NCBI GenBank assembly: GCA_004764695.1 | Contig: SMSO01000032.1 | Span: 1,674,001-1,738,000, forward strand | Length of the DNA stretch: 64,000 nt | Direction of reading: 5' to 3' | Origin: Schizochytrium sp. TIO01 | Taxonomy: Eukaryota > Protista > Bigyra: Labyrinthulomycetes | Shown: positions 19,485 through 30,383 of the stretch, piece after piece | Numbering within the stretch: the stretch's first letter is position 1 | How the letters are laid out: every line of letters starts with the position of its first letter | The notes under the pieces: generated by a model | Told to the model about the DNA's origin: nothing | The model's database searches: none | What the model saw: only the letters and a program-made list of their open reading frames with translations | Position numbers and translations under genes: made by a program

Positions 19485-21089
19485 TTAGAGGCGAGAGCCA
19501 AGGTTGTAAGCATCCTTGTCAAGGCCACTGAGATGGTACCAGAACTTCATGCAGTTACCTGCCCAGTTATTAACGATTGTACCGTCTGCGCGCTTGTACC
19601 AACTCGTGCATGATGGGTCGGCAAAGGTGGTCTCCTGGAGCTCCTTCTGAAGGCGAACGTTGTCCTCCTCATAGAGGTCCTCCTTAACCTCAAGAGAGGT
19701 AGCACCGGTGTCCACCATGTAGCTCATCATGCGCACCACGTACTCGACCTGGGTCTCAACCATGAAGATAATACTACTGTGGCCCAAGTTGCTGCCAGGG
19801 CCGTAGAGGAAGAAGAGGTTGGGGAAGTTTGGCACAGAGACAGACTTGTAAGCCCTCGGGATATCCTTCCAGTAGTCCTGGAGGGAGAGACCATCGCCGT
19901 TGACAATATCAATCTGGCTCATAAAGTTAGAGGAGTAGAAGCCTGTGGCGTAGATGATGGCGTCGGCATCCTCCTTGGTGCCATCAGTGTACTCCACACC
20001 GGTTGCAGTGATGCGCTTGAGGGTCTTGTCGGCAACAAGGTCAACGTTGCTGCGAGCAAGCATCGGCATCCAGTTCTCGGCAAGTGCCACACGCTTGCAG
20101 CCAATGGCGTACTCAGGAACAATCTGTTCCTTAGGGTAGCGGTTCTCCTGCATCTCCATCATTTGCTGGCTGAAAGCATCCTTGCAGATGGTGTAGAGAA
20201 GGCCGTTGCCCTTCCTGCTCTCGATGACGGTGTAAAGCGCCTCATTGAGCATGAAAAGTGAGCCACGGTAAGCCTGGCGAGCAAACGGCACGTAGCGGAA
20301 GATAGCCTTGGTGAGATCAGAATACTCGAAGTCCTCCTTCTTGATGCACCAAATCGGGGACCGCTGAAGTACAGTGAGGTGCTCGGCTTCCTGGGCAATG
20401 ATGGGGAATGCCTGAATGGCGGTGGCGCCCGTACCGATGCCGATGACCTTCTTGCCCTTGAGGTTCACATCATGGCGCCACTGGGCAGAGTGCCAGGAGT
20501 CGCCCTTGAAGTCCTCACGGCCAGGCACGTTGGGGAACTTTGGCACACCGAGCTGGCCAGTGGCAGGTACGAAGAAGGTAAAGTCATTCTCACGCACAGC
20601 ACCATCGGCGTACTTGACCTTGATCTTCCAGCGCTTGGTGTCGTTGTTGAAGTAGGCACCCTCAATGGTGGCCTTAAAGTGAGTGTGCTGCGAGAGGCCG
20701 TACTTGGCGGCGACCTCCTCGAAGTATGCGAGGATCTCCTCACGCTTGGCCCACTTGCGGGACCAGTTGGGGCGAGGCTCGAAGGAGTATGAGTAGAGGT
20801 GGGAAGGGACATCACAGCCACAGTCGGGGTACTGGTTGTGGAGCCAGGTACCTCCGAATCCGTCAGCCTTCTCAAAGATTTCGAAGGGAATGCCAGCCTC
20901 CTGAAGCTTGATGGCAAGGCACATTCCACTCATGCCGGCGCCAAGGATGGCAACCTTGACGCCTTGCACCTTGCATCTTTCCTGGCGAGCGACCTTGGTC
21001 TTGTAGTTAGAGATCTTGTTGTACACCATGGCAGCGCCCGCCACGCCGGCCATGGTCATCAGCTTCGAGGGACCGTTGTCACCACCCAT
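19485..21089 (-). CDS. Class B flavin monooxygenase, Baeyer-Villiger type, copy B (C-terminal SRL)
   Basis: GAGMSG, GGTWLHNQYPDCGCD, FKGDSWHSAQW, GTGATA, GCKR, ATGF. Colinear paralog of 16289-17896; ends GSRL. Confidence 0.93.
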   Translation of the reverse strand: MGGDNGPSKLMTMAGVAGAAMVYNKISNYKTKVARQERCKVQGVKVAILGAGMSGMCLAIKLQEAGIPFEIFEKADGFGGTWLHNQYPDCGCDVPSHLYSYSFEPRPNWSRKWAKREEILAYFEEVAAKYGLSQHTHFKATIEGAYFNNDTKRWKIKVKYADGAVRENDFTFFVPATGQLGVPKFPNVPGREDFKGDSWHSAQWRHDVNLKGKKVIGIGTGATAIQAFPIIAQEAEHLTVLQRSPIWCIKKEDFEYSDLTKAIFRYVPFARQAYRGSLFMLNEALYTVIESRKGNGLLYTICKDAFSQQMMEMQENRYPKEQIVPEYAIGCKRVALAENWMPMLARSNVDLVADKTLKRITATGVEYTDGTKEDADAIIYATGFYSSNFMSQIDIVNGDGLSLQDYWKDIPRAYKSVSVPNFPNLFFLYGPGSNLGHSSIIFMVETQVEYVVRMMSYMVDTGATSLEVKEDLYEEDNVRLQKELQETTFADPSCTSWYKRADGTIVNNWAGNCMKFWYHLSGLDKDAYNLGSRL

Positions 21090-21093
21090 GATG

Positions 21094-21402
21094 CTGTTTT
21101 TCGTGATAAAGTAAATAGATTAGATATATAAATACGTCTCGAGCTTGTCTCGTTAGATGCTTTGCTTGCTGGTTGCTTGTTGCTTTGGAGTTCTCGAGGT
21201 TGCGGGTTTGCTTTTCCAAGACTTCGCCCGGCGGCGCCTTTGATCTGCAATCCCAGTGTTGGCCCCTCTCGAGCGCCTTCAAATTCAAGGACTGCTGCCA
21301 GAGAGCGCTTCCTCCTAAATAAGTAGATCACGACTGACTTCTTTCTCTCGTTCCAAGTTCCCATCTCCTGCTATTACGCCTACGGCAGAGACTTGGACTT
21401 AC
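21094..21402 (-). other. Putative 5'-UTR intron of monooxygenase copy B
   Basis: Minus-strand GTAAGT donor at 21402, CTAAT branch-like motif, and AACAG acceptor ending at 21094, 4 nt before the ATG. Confidence 0.4.
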
Positions 21403-21707
21403 AGAGGATCCAAACAAAGCAAGCAAGCAAGCAAACAAAGCAAACAAACAAACAAACAAACAAACAAACAAGAACCAAAGCTGAGACTGAAACGCGCCTT
21501 ATTCCTTCCTTCTTTCCTTCCTTTTATTCCTTTTATTCCTTTTATTCCTTTTCTGTTTCTTCTTCTCTCTTACGAGGGCCCTTTCCTGCTCTAAGTACTC
21601 TCAAGATCTTCAGAAACTTCAATCCGTCGCTGCTCAATCAGGGTCTCTTCCCTTTGGCAAAACCGGACGTCGCCGGAGGGAGAGCGGAGTCAGGGAGTTA
21701 GGGAGGT

Positions 21708-21742
21708 GAGTCGAGTCGAGTCGAGTCGAGTCGAGTCGAGTC
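21708..21742. repeat. (GAGTC)7 pentanucleotide repeat
   Basis: Read directly from sequence. Confidence 0.9.
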
Positions 21743-22147
21743 GAAATGACCTCGAGCATAGCTATTAGTTTCGAAGATCGAGGCCGAAGAACTATGCGTA
21801 GAATCGCAGAAATCATCGATGATGAAATCAATCAATCAATAAATCAATATATCTTCAATGACCGGCCGCAAAGTTCTCGCGGCTGATGCAAATCTTGCTG
21901 TGAGAAGGATCTTGCATCGTCTGTGCCGCCCCTCTCTCACAGTCCCTCCGCCCATATATGCATGCCCCACTGGCCGATCCCAGAGTGGACACATTGGATC
22001 TGCCACCCTCGTGTCCCCTCTGACGGTCCCTCCCCTCACTCAGTCAGGTCTCTTTCCTTCCTTCTTTCCTTCCTTTCTTTTCTTCTCTTCTGCTTTCTTT
22101 TCTTCTTTTCTGTTTCCTTGCTCCAGTCTCCTTCGTTTCTTTGGCTT

Positions 22148-22245
22148 CTTCAACTTGATTTCAACTTGACTTCAACTTGGTTTCAACTCTGATCCTGCTC
22201 AAGCTCCTGCTCAAGCTTCTGCTCGAGCTTCTGCTCAAGCTTCTG
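22148..22245. repeat. Adjacent 11-bp (TTCAACTTGRY-like) and 12-bp (CTGCTCAAGCTY-like) minisatellites, about 4 copies each
   Basis: cttcaacttgatttcaacttgacttcaacttggtttcaact followed by cctgctcaagctcctgctcaagcttctgctcgagcttctgctcaagcttctg. Confidence 0.8.
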
Positions 22246-24166
22246 TCATTCTCTAGTCTCGGGATGCGTTGGAATTCGCCGCCCTTCGCAGGCAGCTCGT
22301 GCGTTTGAAGATAGGTCTGTCTGTACAAAATCTTGAAGAAAAAGAAAAAGATCGATGGATTCTTCTTCAATCAATCGCACTCACTCAGAGGATCCAAAGT
22401 TCGTTTTCTTTTGTAACTAACTAACCAACCAATCAAAACATCGTTTGTAAACTTATTATCCATCAAAGGAAAGAAAAGAAAGCAAAGAGAACGATTGCTC
22501 GTTTGGAGCGAGTGCTTTTTCTTTTTATTCTGCAAACTACCTTAGACACATACGATGTGCACTTACTTTTTTCTTTTTTCTTTACGTCTGTCATTCACAT
22601 TCGTTTATGCTTCAAGTCGCTCGCGATTTCTCAATCCAACGCAACGCAGCAGCGCTTCTTGATTGCAAGGTCGCAACCACTATCGCCGCTTTCATTGGCG
22701 CTCTTCGGCCTCGACTTGAGCTCCTCGAGAGTGCTTCGGGCCTTCCAACAAAGTCAGGCAGGCCGTCGAAGCATGCATGCATGAGACGAGCAAGACTTCC
22801 TCCCTTCGCTCTGCGCATCGCTTCGAAGGCGCGGCTCTCCTCCGGAAGGCAGGAACCGGCCGGCTAGGTCCATTCCAGGACGACGGCGGCTTCAGCTCCT
22901 CGTGAACGCCCACCAGGACAAGGCCAGCGAGGGCCTCGGCAGCTCTTTTGCAGGCTCCAGCACTCGAGCCTTCCTCGAAGCGAGCGTCAGGCGCTGCCCA
23001 TCGAGGCACGGCAGCACCTCGAGGCCCCTGCCCGTCCATAAAGGCTAGGGCTCGGACTCCATCAGGCGCGACGCGACGCGTGCGATCTGAGCAAGCAAGC
23101 AAGCAAGCAAGCAAGCAAGTAAACCTCAGGGCGCCAAGGACTCGAGCAATCCCAGTCAATAGATCAACCAATCAGTCAATCAAGCGACGCAAATTCGAGG
23201 AGGCGATGGATTCGCCGTTGAGACCTGCCACGAGAGAAAACCTCACCCGCCAAATCATGGGTGATCTGCATCCTGAATCCATCAGCAGCAAAATGGTCTG
23301 GTTTGGTCGGCTCTGATTTTTCAGAGACCGGTGCCAGGAATTGATTGCGGGCTCGCGAACTTGGTAGGACTGGCTGGCTCGCTGGCTGGCCCGCCGCTGG
23401 ACTCAGGGCGAGGGCCGCCGCCCCCATTCTCGCGGGGCTCTCCGCCATCGCACTGAGCGGATTTTATGGTGTGTGTCATTCGCTCATTGATTGATTGATT
23501 GATTCATTCATTCATTGATTCATTTCTTGGTCCTGGCGCCTGACTGGTTTCGCGCATGGCGTGGGCCCTCATTTTGCAGGCGGCACGGAATTCCAACTCT
23601 TGAGAAATTGCGAGTGCTGGCGAGCGAAGATGTGGTGGACCCTCGTTGAAGGATTTTAGTGCAAGTTTAGTCTGCCAAGGGCTCGGAGGAGTTGAAAAAG
23701 AGGGTGTTGGTCTCTGCGTTTTAGGTTGCGGAATTCGCTTCGGAAATCTCCAGCTCAGCAGAATTCCAAGGTGAGCCAAGCTTGGGTTTTCATTCGCTTT
23801 CAGAAAGGTCATTTCCACAGCGAACGGGCTCGAATCAATTAGAGCAGAGACTACAAAGCTAAGTGTCAGTCGGGAACTTTAACTGCGATTCAATTTATTT
23901 ATATAAGCTCGGTGCTAAAATCAGATTTGACTTTTTATTATCAACTTGTAAACAAAAGGCAAGCAAAAGGTTGGTCATTTCGACTCCTCAAGCGCTGCGA
24001 CCAATTGCAGGCGATGTGCTTAGGTTGTCCCATGGCATTTAATTCCAGCCAGGCGACTGGCGCAAAATTCAGGTTGAAAGATGCAGTGTCCTCGTCCCAG
24101 CCTTGATTCCGGCGAGAGCCTCTTCGGATACGTCTGCGCGAGAAAAGATATGGTTGCATTACATCT

Positions 24167-24238
24167 ATTCATTCATTCATTCATTCATTCATTCATTCAT
24201 TCATTCATTCATTCATTCATTCATTCATTCATTCATTC
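24167..24238. repeat. (ATTC)18 microsatellite
   Basis: Read directly from sequence. Confidence 0.95.
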
Positions 24239-24488
24239 CTCTCTTGATCAGAAGTGCGCATCGCTCTTGGCGCCTCAGCTGCCACGACGGAATTTCCATG
24301 ACACAAACCAAAACGCAGAAAGAACTAGCAAGTAGGTACCAAGTACAAACAAACAAAGACCTCTTCTTCGACTGCTGCGAAAACTTGTGGGCCTTCCAAG
24401 AGCACAGAACGTTCATCCTTTCGCGTTGAGAACCAGATCAGCCTCCTTCCATCCCTCCCTCACGATCACTCACTCAACCCATCACTCG

Positions 24489-24540
<52 letters not shown>
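24489..24540. repeat. (AATC)~13 microsatellite
   Basis: Read directly from sequence. Confidence 0.95.
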
Positions 24541-27385
24541 CTAACCGCGCAGCAGCACCGTGCAAAGGCATACGCGGCCTCCACTGCGGATCCTGACTGT
24601 GCCCAGCCCATTGTTCATTACCCTCCGTCGAAGAGTTGCCGCAGCTTTCTTCGAGGACCTGGCTTTCATATAAGCCCATCCAAGAAACATGGGCGATTGA
24701 TTGATTGACTGACTGATAAATGATTCTCTCTCTGCTCAGAGAGGTTCGCCGCTCCGGCGACGGATGTGGAAAACGACCGAGGTCCATCATGCGATAGGAT
24801 CGGACCCTCAGCGCCGCAGCAGACGACAGTTCAGAGATACACAACACCTGTAAATGAATGAATGAATCAATGAATGAATCAATCAATGAATGAATGAATC
24901 AATCAATCAATGCATGAATGAGTGCATGCAGACAAATAGATGAATAGATGAATGAATGCACGCAACACGCTCCGTCAGCTCTATTCAAGTCGATCTCCAA
25001 TCCAATTCAATTCAATTCAACTCCGCTCAGCTCACTCAATCGGTGAGGGTAAGATTTAGTAGTTTTTTAATTAATTAATAAATTAATTAAACTAAAAAAA
25101 TAAAACTACTTTTGATGAAAATTCTTTGAAAAAGCGTGAAAAACAAACAAACTAACTAACAAACAAACAAACAAACAAACTAACTAACTAACTATAACTA
25201 ACTAGTTTTCAAAAATCGGATCAACCAGTACAAACAAACACACTCAGTGCTTTCTGTATGATTCGAGCAAACTCAAGAACGCAAGGTACTGACTGCTCGT
25301 ACCTGGATTCCTCCAAAACAACTGTATTTCAGATCGAGGAAAACAGTTCGAAGCGCAGCCCTCAACTCCAAACCCCCCTCGCAAGCACAGAGAGAGAGAC
25401 AGAGAGAGCGAGAGAGAAAGAAAGAAAGAAAGAAAGAAAGAACCGGTCGCTCTGCCACGCGCTCCTCAAGCTTCGTTGAAGAAAGGGCTACTCACAAAGT
25501 CACACCCCAACGCTTCCCAGGCCATCTCACACTCGTAGCTGCGTGCATAGGTACTGCTACTGGCACGAAGATGACAAACGAAGAAAGGTATATCTTTACC
25601 TACGAATTAAAACACCACGGCGGGTGCTAGGAGCTCATAGCGTTAGCCCTACTGCAGACATGCACTCAAAACTCATTTCAACATTTATTTTAGTTAATTA
25701 ATTTGGAAATACATATATATATATATACATATATATGAATATGAGATCAGAAATAAAATGATAACTCCTAAAAAGAAAAAATGTTGTCGTGGTTGTCGTG
25801 GTTGTTGTCTTTGTTTAGACTGAAGTATATCCTTCCTGTAAACAGCTCAACTTCTCCTCAGAGGTTGGTTCAACTTAGTTACAAGAGTGGAGGCGATGAA
25901 AGAAACCTGTCTGCAAAAGTAGTCGATTCTAAACTCCCGCTCTTTCTTTGGCAGATTGGTGAGCCACCGTTCGGTCATTCCGATGACACGCAGCGTCGTC
26001 TAAGACGCAATGAATGAATGATTGATCAATGAGTGAATGGTATGCGATTAAACGACGGCCCAGAAAGCAACTCGGTACGAGTCGGGTCCAAGTCTTTCCC
26101 TTTTCAAGTTCTTCAAGCTCCTCTAGAGTAAGCAAGTTACTAAGTAAGCCAGTAGCTAGCTAGCTAGCTAGCTGCTTTCTTCTTTTTCCAATTGCTTCCC
26201 AAGACAAGAAAGGAAGGAGAAGTTCAATTTCCTCAAGACCACACTAATCAGTCCCAGAAACTAAAAAAGAATAATAACAATAATAACAATAAAAAAATCG
26301 AAGTTGATTGGAAATTGCAATCCTGGCAACGAACGGTTTGAGTCGACGGCTATTCATGATGACCTCGAGCTTCCAAAGCAGTCCTTCGGCAGGGCGTCGA
26401 GGGATCTTAGGCAGGCCTCGCCCGTCCACAACAATGGCCCATTTGCCGCGAGCGGAGTGGAGGAAGGGAGGAAGGAAAGACGGGAGGCGGGGGAACCAAA
26501 CCCTGTGCTTGTCTTTCTGAAGATCGGAGTCAAACTTGATTCCGGCAACTCCTCTCTCCTGTCCCCACTGAAGGCAAGGGAGGAGGGAGTCGTGATCTAC
26601 AAACAAAGCGGAAACGAAGGAATGCACAGAAAAGCAGCGGCTGCTTAAGCGGGTGTTGGCATTTAGTTCACATTCCTGAGCCCCCGCTGCAACTTCAAGT
26701 AAGCGCGCCTGAGATGCGACATCTCAGGGCACGGAGGCATCGATATCGCGCTTTCGCGAGCGCGTGCTCTGTCAGCTATAGCAGACTTTCCTCGGCAGAT
26801 TTGGCTTTTTGTGCTTGCTTGATTGAATAATTGCATAATTGAATTATTGAATTCTTGAATAATTGAGGAATTGAGGAATTGAGGAATTGAGGAATCGCTT
26901 TTGACTTTCTTTCTTTCTTTCGACTTTCTTTCTTTCTTTCTTTCATTCCTTCGGAGTTCTTCTGATCCCAATTCACTCTCACGAACTATCGACCATAAAA
27001 AGACGTCACTTTGAAGCTGGAGAGGCCTCCGCTTTGGCCGCGCATGACTGGCCGGCCAAGGCTGATTGAGCTTGCTTTCTGGCCGGTTGGTGATCTTGAG
27101 CGCCTCGAGCACTAGCTTGCGCAAGTTTGCGAACCCCAATCTCAAAGAAAGAAAGAAAGTAAGAAAGAAAGGATCACATTCAAGCTCAACTTGCTTTCGG
27201 ACAGACCGACCTAAACGATACACCTCTTACTAATGATCATTATTATACTACTAATGTTGAAAAAAAGTCAAGAAATATCTTTTTTAGTCTGGAAATAAAT
27301 AAACTAATTTAAATTTAAAACTAAAAAAATCTTCCAATGAGAGCCTTTCTTTCCTGGAAATTCGCTACAAAGCACCTACCTACCT

Positions 27386-27415
27386 GCTACTACTACTACT
27401 AGTAGTAGTAGTAGC
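27386..27415. repeat. Perfect 30-bp palindrome GCTACTACTACTACT|AGTAGTAGTAGTAGC
   Basis: The left 15 nt are the exact reverse complement of the right 15 nt, with no spacer. Confidence 0.95.
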
Positions 27416-27600
27416 CTCATTGACACGGTTCAAAACTTGTCAGTTTGTGGCGACTTTGTAAATCGTAAGAGCGAGTGAGAGAGTGTATAAGTAAGTAGCT
27501 AAGTAAGTGTAGAGGTACCTTCTTTGAATTTTCAAAAAATGAAATGATTCAAAAACTCAGCTCTCTCGCCGACGTTGAGAGGAAATCAGCGTCGAGCCAG

Positions 27601-27623
27601 AAAGAAAGAAAGAAAGAAAGAAA

Positions 27624-27691
<68 letters not shown>
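27601..27691. repeat. Compound (AAAG)6-(GATT)17 microsatellite
   Basis: Read directly from sequence. Confidence 0.93.
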
Positions 27692-27692
<1 letters not shown>

Positions 27693-30095
27693 CGAAGCGT
27701 GACGGCAAGCAGGATCGAAGCAAAACTATCATCACGAATCACCGCTGATCGTTCCCAAAGTTCCACCCTTCATTCCGCAGCGAACTAAGCACAGCTCGAG
27801 GGGAGCAAGCCGAGGCACGCGGGTGATGAATGCTGGGAAACGATAATAGAAGTCCGTGCTTTGCTTTGGTTTGCTTTGCTCTGCTCTGCTTTGGTTTGCT
27901 TTGCTCTGGTTTGCTCTGCTTCGGTGGCGTTGTACCTGTTTGTTGTTCCGGGCTCTTACGGTTTCCGCACTTGGGCAGCAAGCTGGAGATGCGCTCCTTC
28001 GCTGGCAAATTTGGTGGCAATAGCCGCTTTGCATGCAGGACAGAGGAAGCGCTCTCGCCAGCAGTTTCTCGAGAGCGATTCAATGTGCGCCCGCGAAGAT
28101 ATGGCGTCTCTTGGATCGCTCTTTCTTTCGGGGGGCAAGCCACGAAGAAAGGACTGACGATGGTGGCTCTTGCTGAAAGGTGCCGGTCGCTCTTACCCCG
28201 TCTTTGGGGACGATAGAAAATAGAAATTGAGACGAGCAGGAAAACGAAGGGTAGTTTAATGTACATAAATAAATATAGAACTGAAGAGCACCGGTAAGCG
28301 TGGAATAAAAAGATACGATTTAGACCGTTTCTTGGAACAAATGGTGATCACGAGCGACCGGGTAGGTGGATCTCTCTGATTTGTAAGTAGCCTATGTCTG
28401 TAGAATAGACCTAGATAAGATCGACAATAAAAATAAGAGTTATGAAATAAGCCTCCTCCTTATATGTATGTATTACATATATATATATATATATATATAA
28501 TATTTTGTTGGCTAATTTGCTCCAAGAAAATATCTTTCTTCACAATCCATTGATAGCTTGTTTTTTTATGCAAAGACTCTTTGATCGTTTCACTCGTTGT
28601 CTGGCGTAGCATAGTTACCACAGTGAGCTAACCTTCCCCATACACACATGAGCTTATAGCTACTTTACATTTGGAATTTCCTACACTTGATAAAGTCAAG
28701 GTTGATGCAGCGCCTGTGAGAACCGTAATATTGAGTAAAAGATATTTTCAATTTGTACTTCTGATTATATTTTGCATGTTAGGTATTTTGATTCTGAAAA
28801 GTCAGAGAGGGAAGCGAGTTTTATACATCCATTTTTTAAAATAAATTTGATTTTTTATTTTTCCAAAATCGACATTCTAAGCATTCGAGCCAGGGTACCA
28901 CGAATAGATAACCTCCGAATTTCAGCACCCTATCAACTTTAGAGTTTCCGGTACCTCGCAATCATATGAAAGGATAGGAAGCTCGGGGTGCTCTTGCATT
29001 CCCGAGAATCTCTTTGGCATCCGTCTTGTTCCAGTTAAAATTAGCACTGATGATTTGAATTTCCTTCGTCTTATGCTGGAGACATCTCGAGTCACTTAGA
29101 TCTGAATCTACATTTACTTTCGTGGTCAGAAAGGACAGATCAAGTGCACGAATGTTTAGCCAGTTCAACTTGAAATGTGTATGGATGGATTCATTGAGCA
29201 ATACTTTCTGTGTACAGAGGCACCAAATCATTAAGCGGACCTCCCTAAAGCTGGACCCGGATGCGCATAAATTTCATGCGGGAATATGATGTACTTTGCT
29301 GTATCCAGAAATGGCGAACTTCTTCATTAAATTAAGAAACCCTTCCTTATCAAATACATATACAGTTTCAGGATGAGAATGTGCAGCAGAGATTTTTGAT
29401 TTTTTGTTGCTTAAACGACGGTACAATATTCAGATTGTCAATCATTTACGACTGGTCGCTTCCTTTCCACATGCTCAGTAAATTTTGCCTTCTCTCCTTC
29501 TCATCAGTCTGGACCAGATAGCTCTCGAACGAATAGATTGGCACTCGTGTAACTGACATTGTCTGCGATGACGACACACCCCAAACCATCGAATTTATTG
29601 GTTACAGCTCATTTCGCACCAACATCGTTGACATCCATCCACCAAAACGTCATGGCTGCTGACAAATACTGCTCAATATCAATCTCAACGGAAGCTTCTG
29701 CGTCCGAGTCTAACATTATACTATGTTCGTTGTCTATGCGAATAAATTGCAAATTGCCGAAGGACGCTTGCAATCCCTTCGGCCGTCCCACGGCTACGTT
29801 TTCTGTCCTCTCTTCTAAGGCGTAGCAGCATACTAGTGCTACTCTAGAGGCACCTACCTATAATTGGCAGGGCACGTTCTTTTGGTAGTGACCGTAGAAA
29901 TAGCTTACTACTAGCACCTCTTCGGTGTAATAACAGGACCCCATGGTGACTGTCGGAGCTTAGGTGAGTCAAAGACTTCGAGTCTTTTGCAGATCAAAAC
30001 GGAGACGTGTAAGGACGCTCGCAAGGGTTGATTCAAGCTTGTGGACTTGTCTTGAAGTGGACTGGATTCGAGGAAAAGGTTTAGCGCAGGGTACA

Positions 30096-30383
30096 ATGTC
30101 TTCCAAGGATCAGGAAAATCATGAACGCCTTCTAGAGGCGCAGAAACGCTCTGCAAATGGCGTACGGCTTATTCACTCGGATGAAGGCGCCAAGAAGGAC
30201 GTGACGATTCCGTCGTGCCAGGATGCCCATAAGTCTTCTCTGCGATGCATTGAGAAGAACTACGAGCAGCAGCATACCTGCAAGCCTCTTTTTGACGCCT
30301 ATAAGGACTGTAAGAAGTCCCAAACGGAGGCGCGTATTCTGAAGAACAACCAGGGCCAGAAAGCAAGCTTCTTTCCGTGGTAA
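30096..30383 (+). CDS. Twin CX9C mitochondrial intermembrane-space protein, COX23-like (95 aa)
   Basis: C-QDAHKSSLR-C-x10-C-KPLFDAYKD-C followed by KK, typical of the COX23/CHCHD7 family; ATG at 30096 lies within the track ORF 29964-30383. Confidence 0.82.
   Translation: MSSKDQENHERLLEAQKRSANGVRLIHSDEGAKKDVTIPSCQDAHKSSLRCIEKNYEQQHTCKPLFDAYKDCKKSQTEARILKNNQGQKASFFPW

Noticed and set aside
22148-22245. Short direct repeats as a possible CRISPR array
   Set aside because: Contiguous units with no unique spacers, eukaryotic context, no cas genes.
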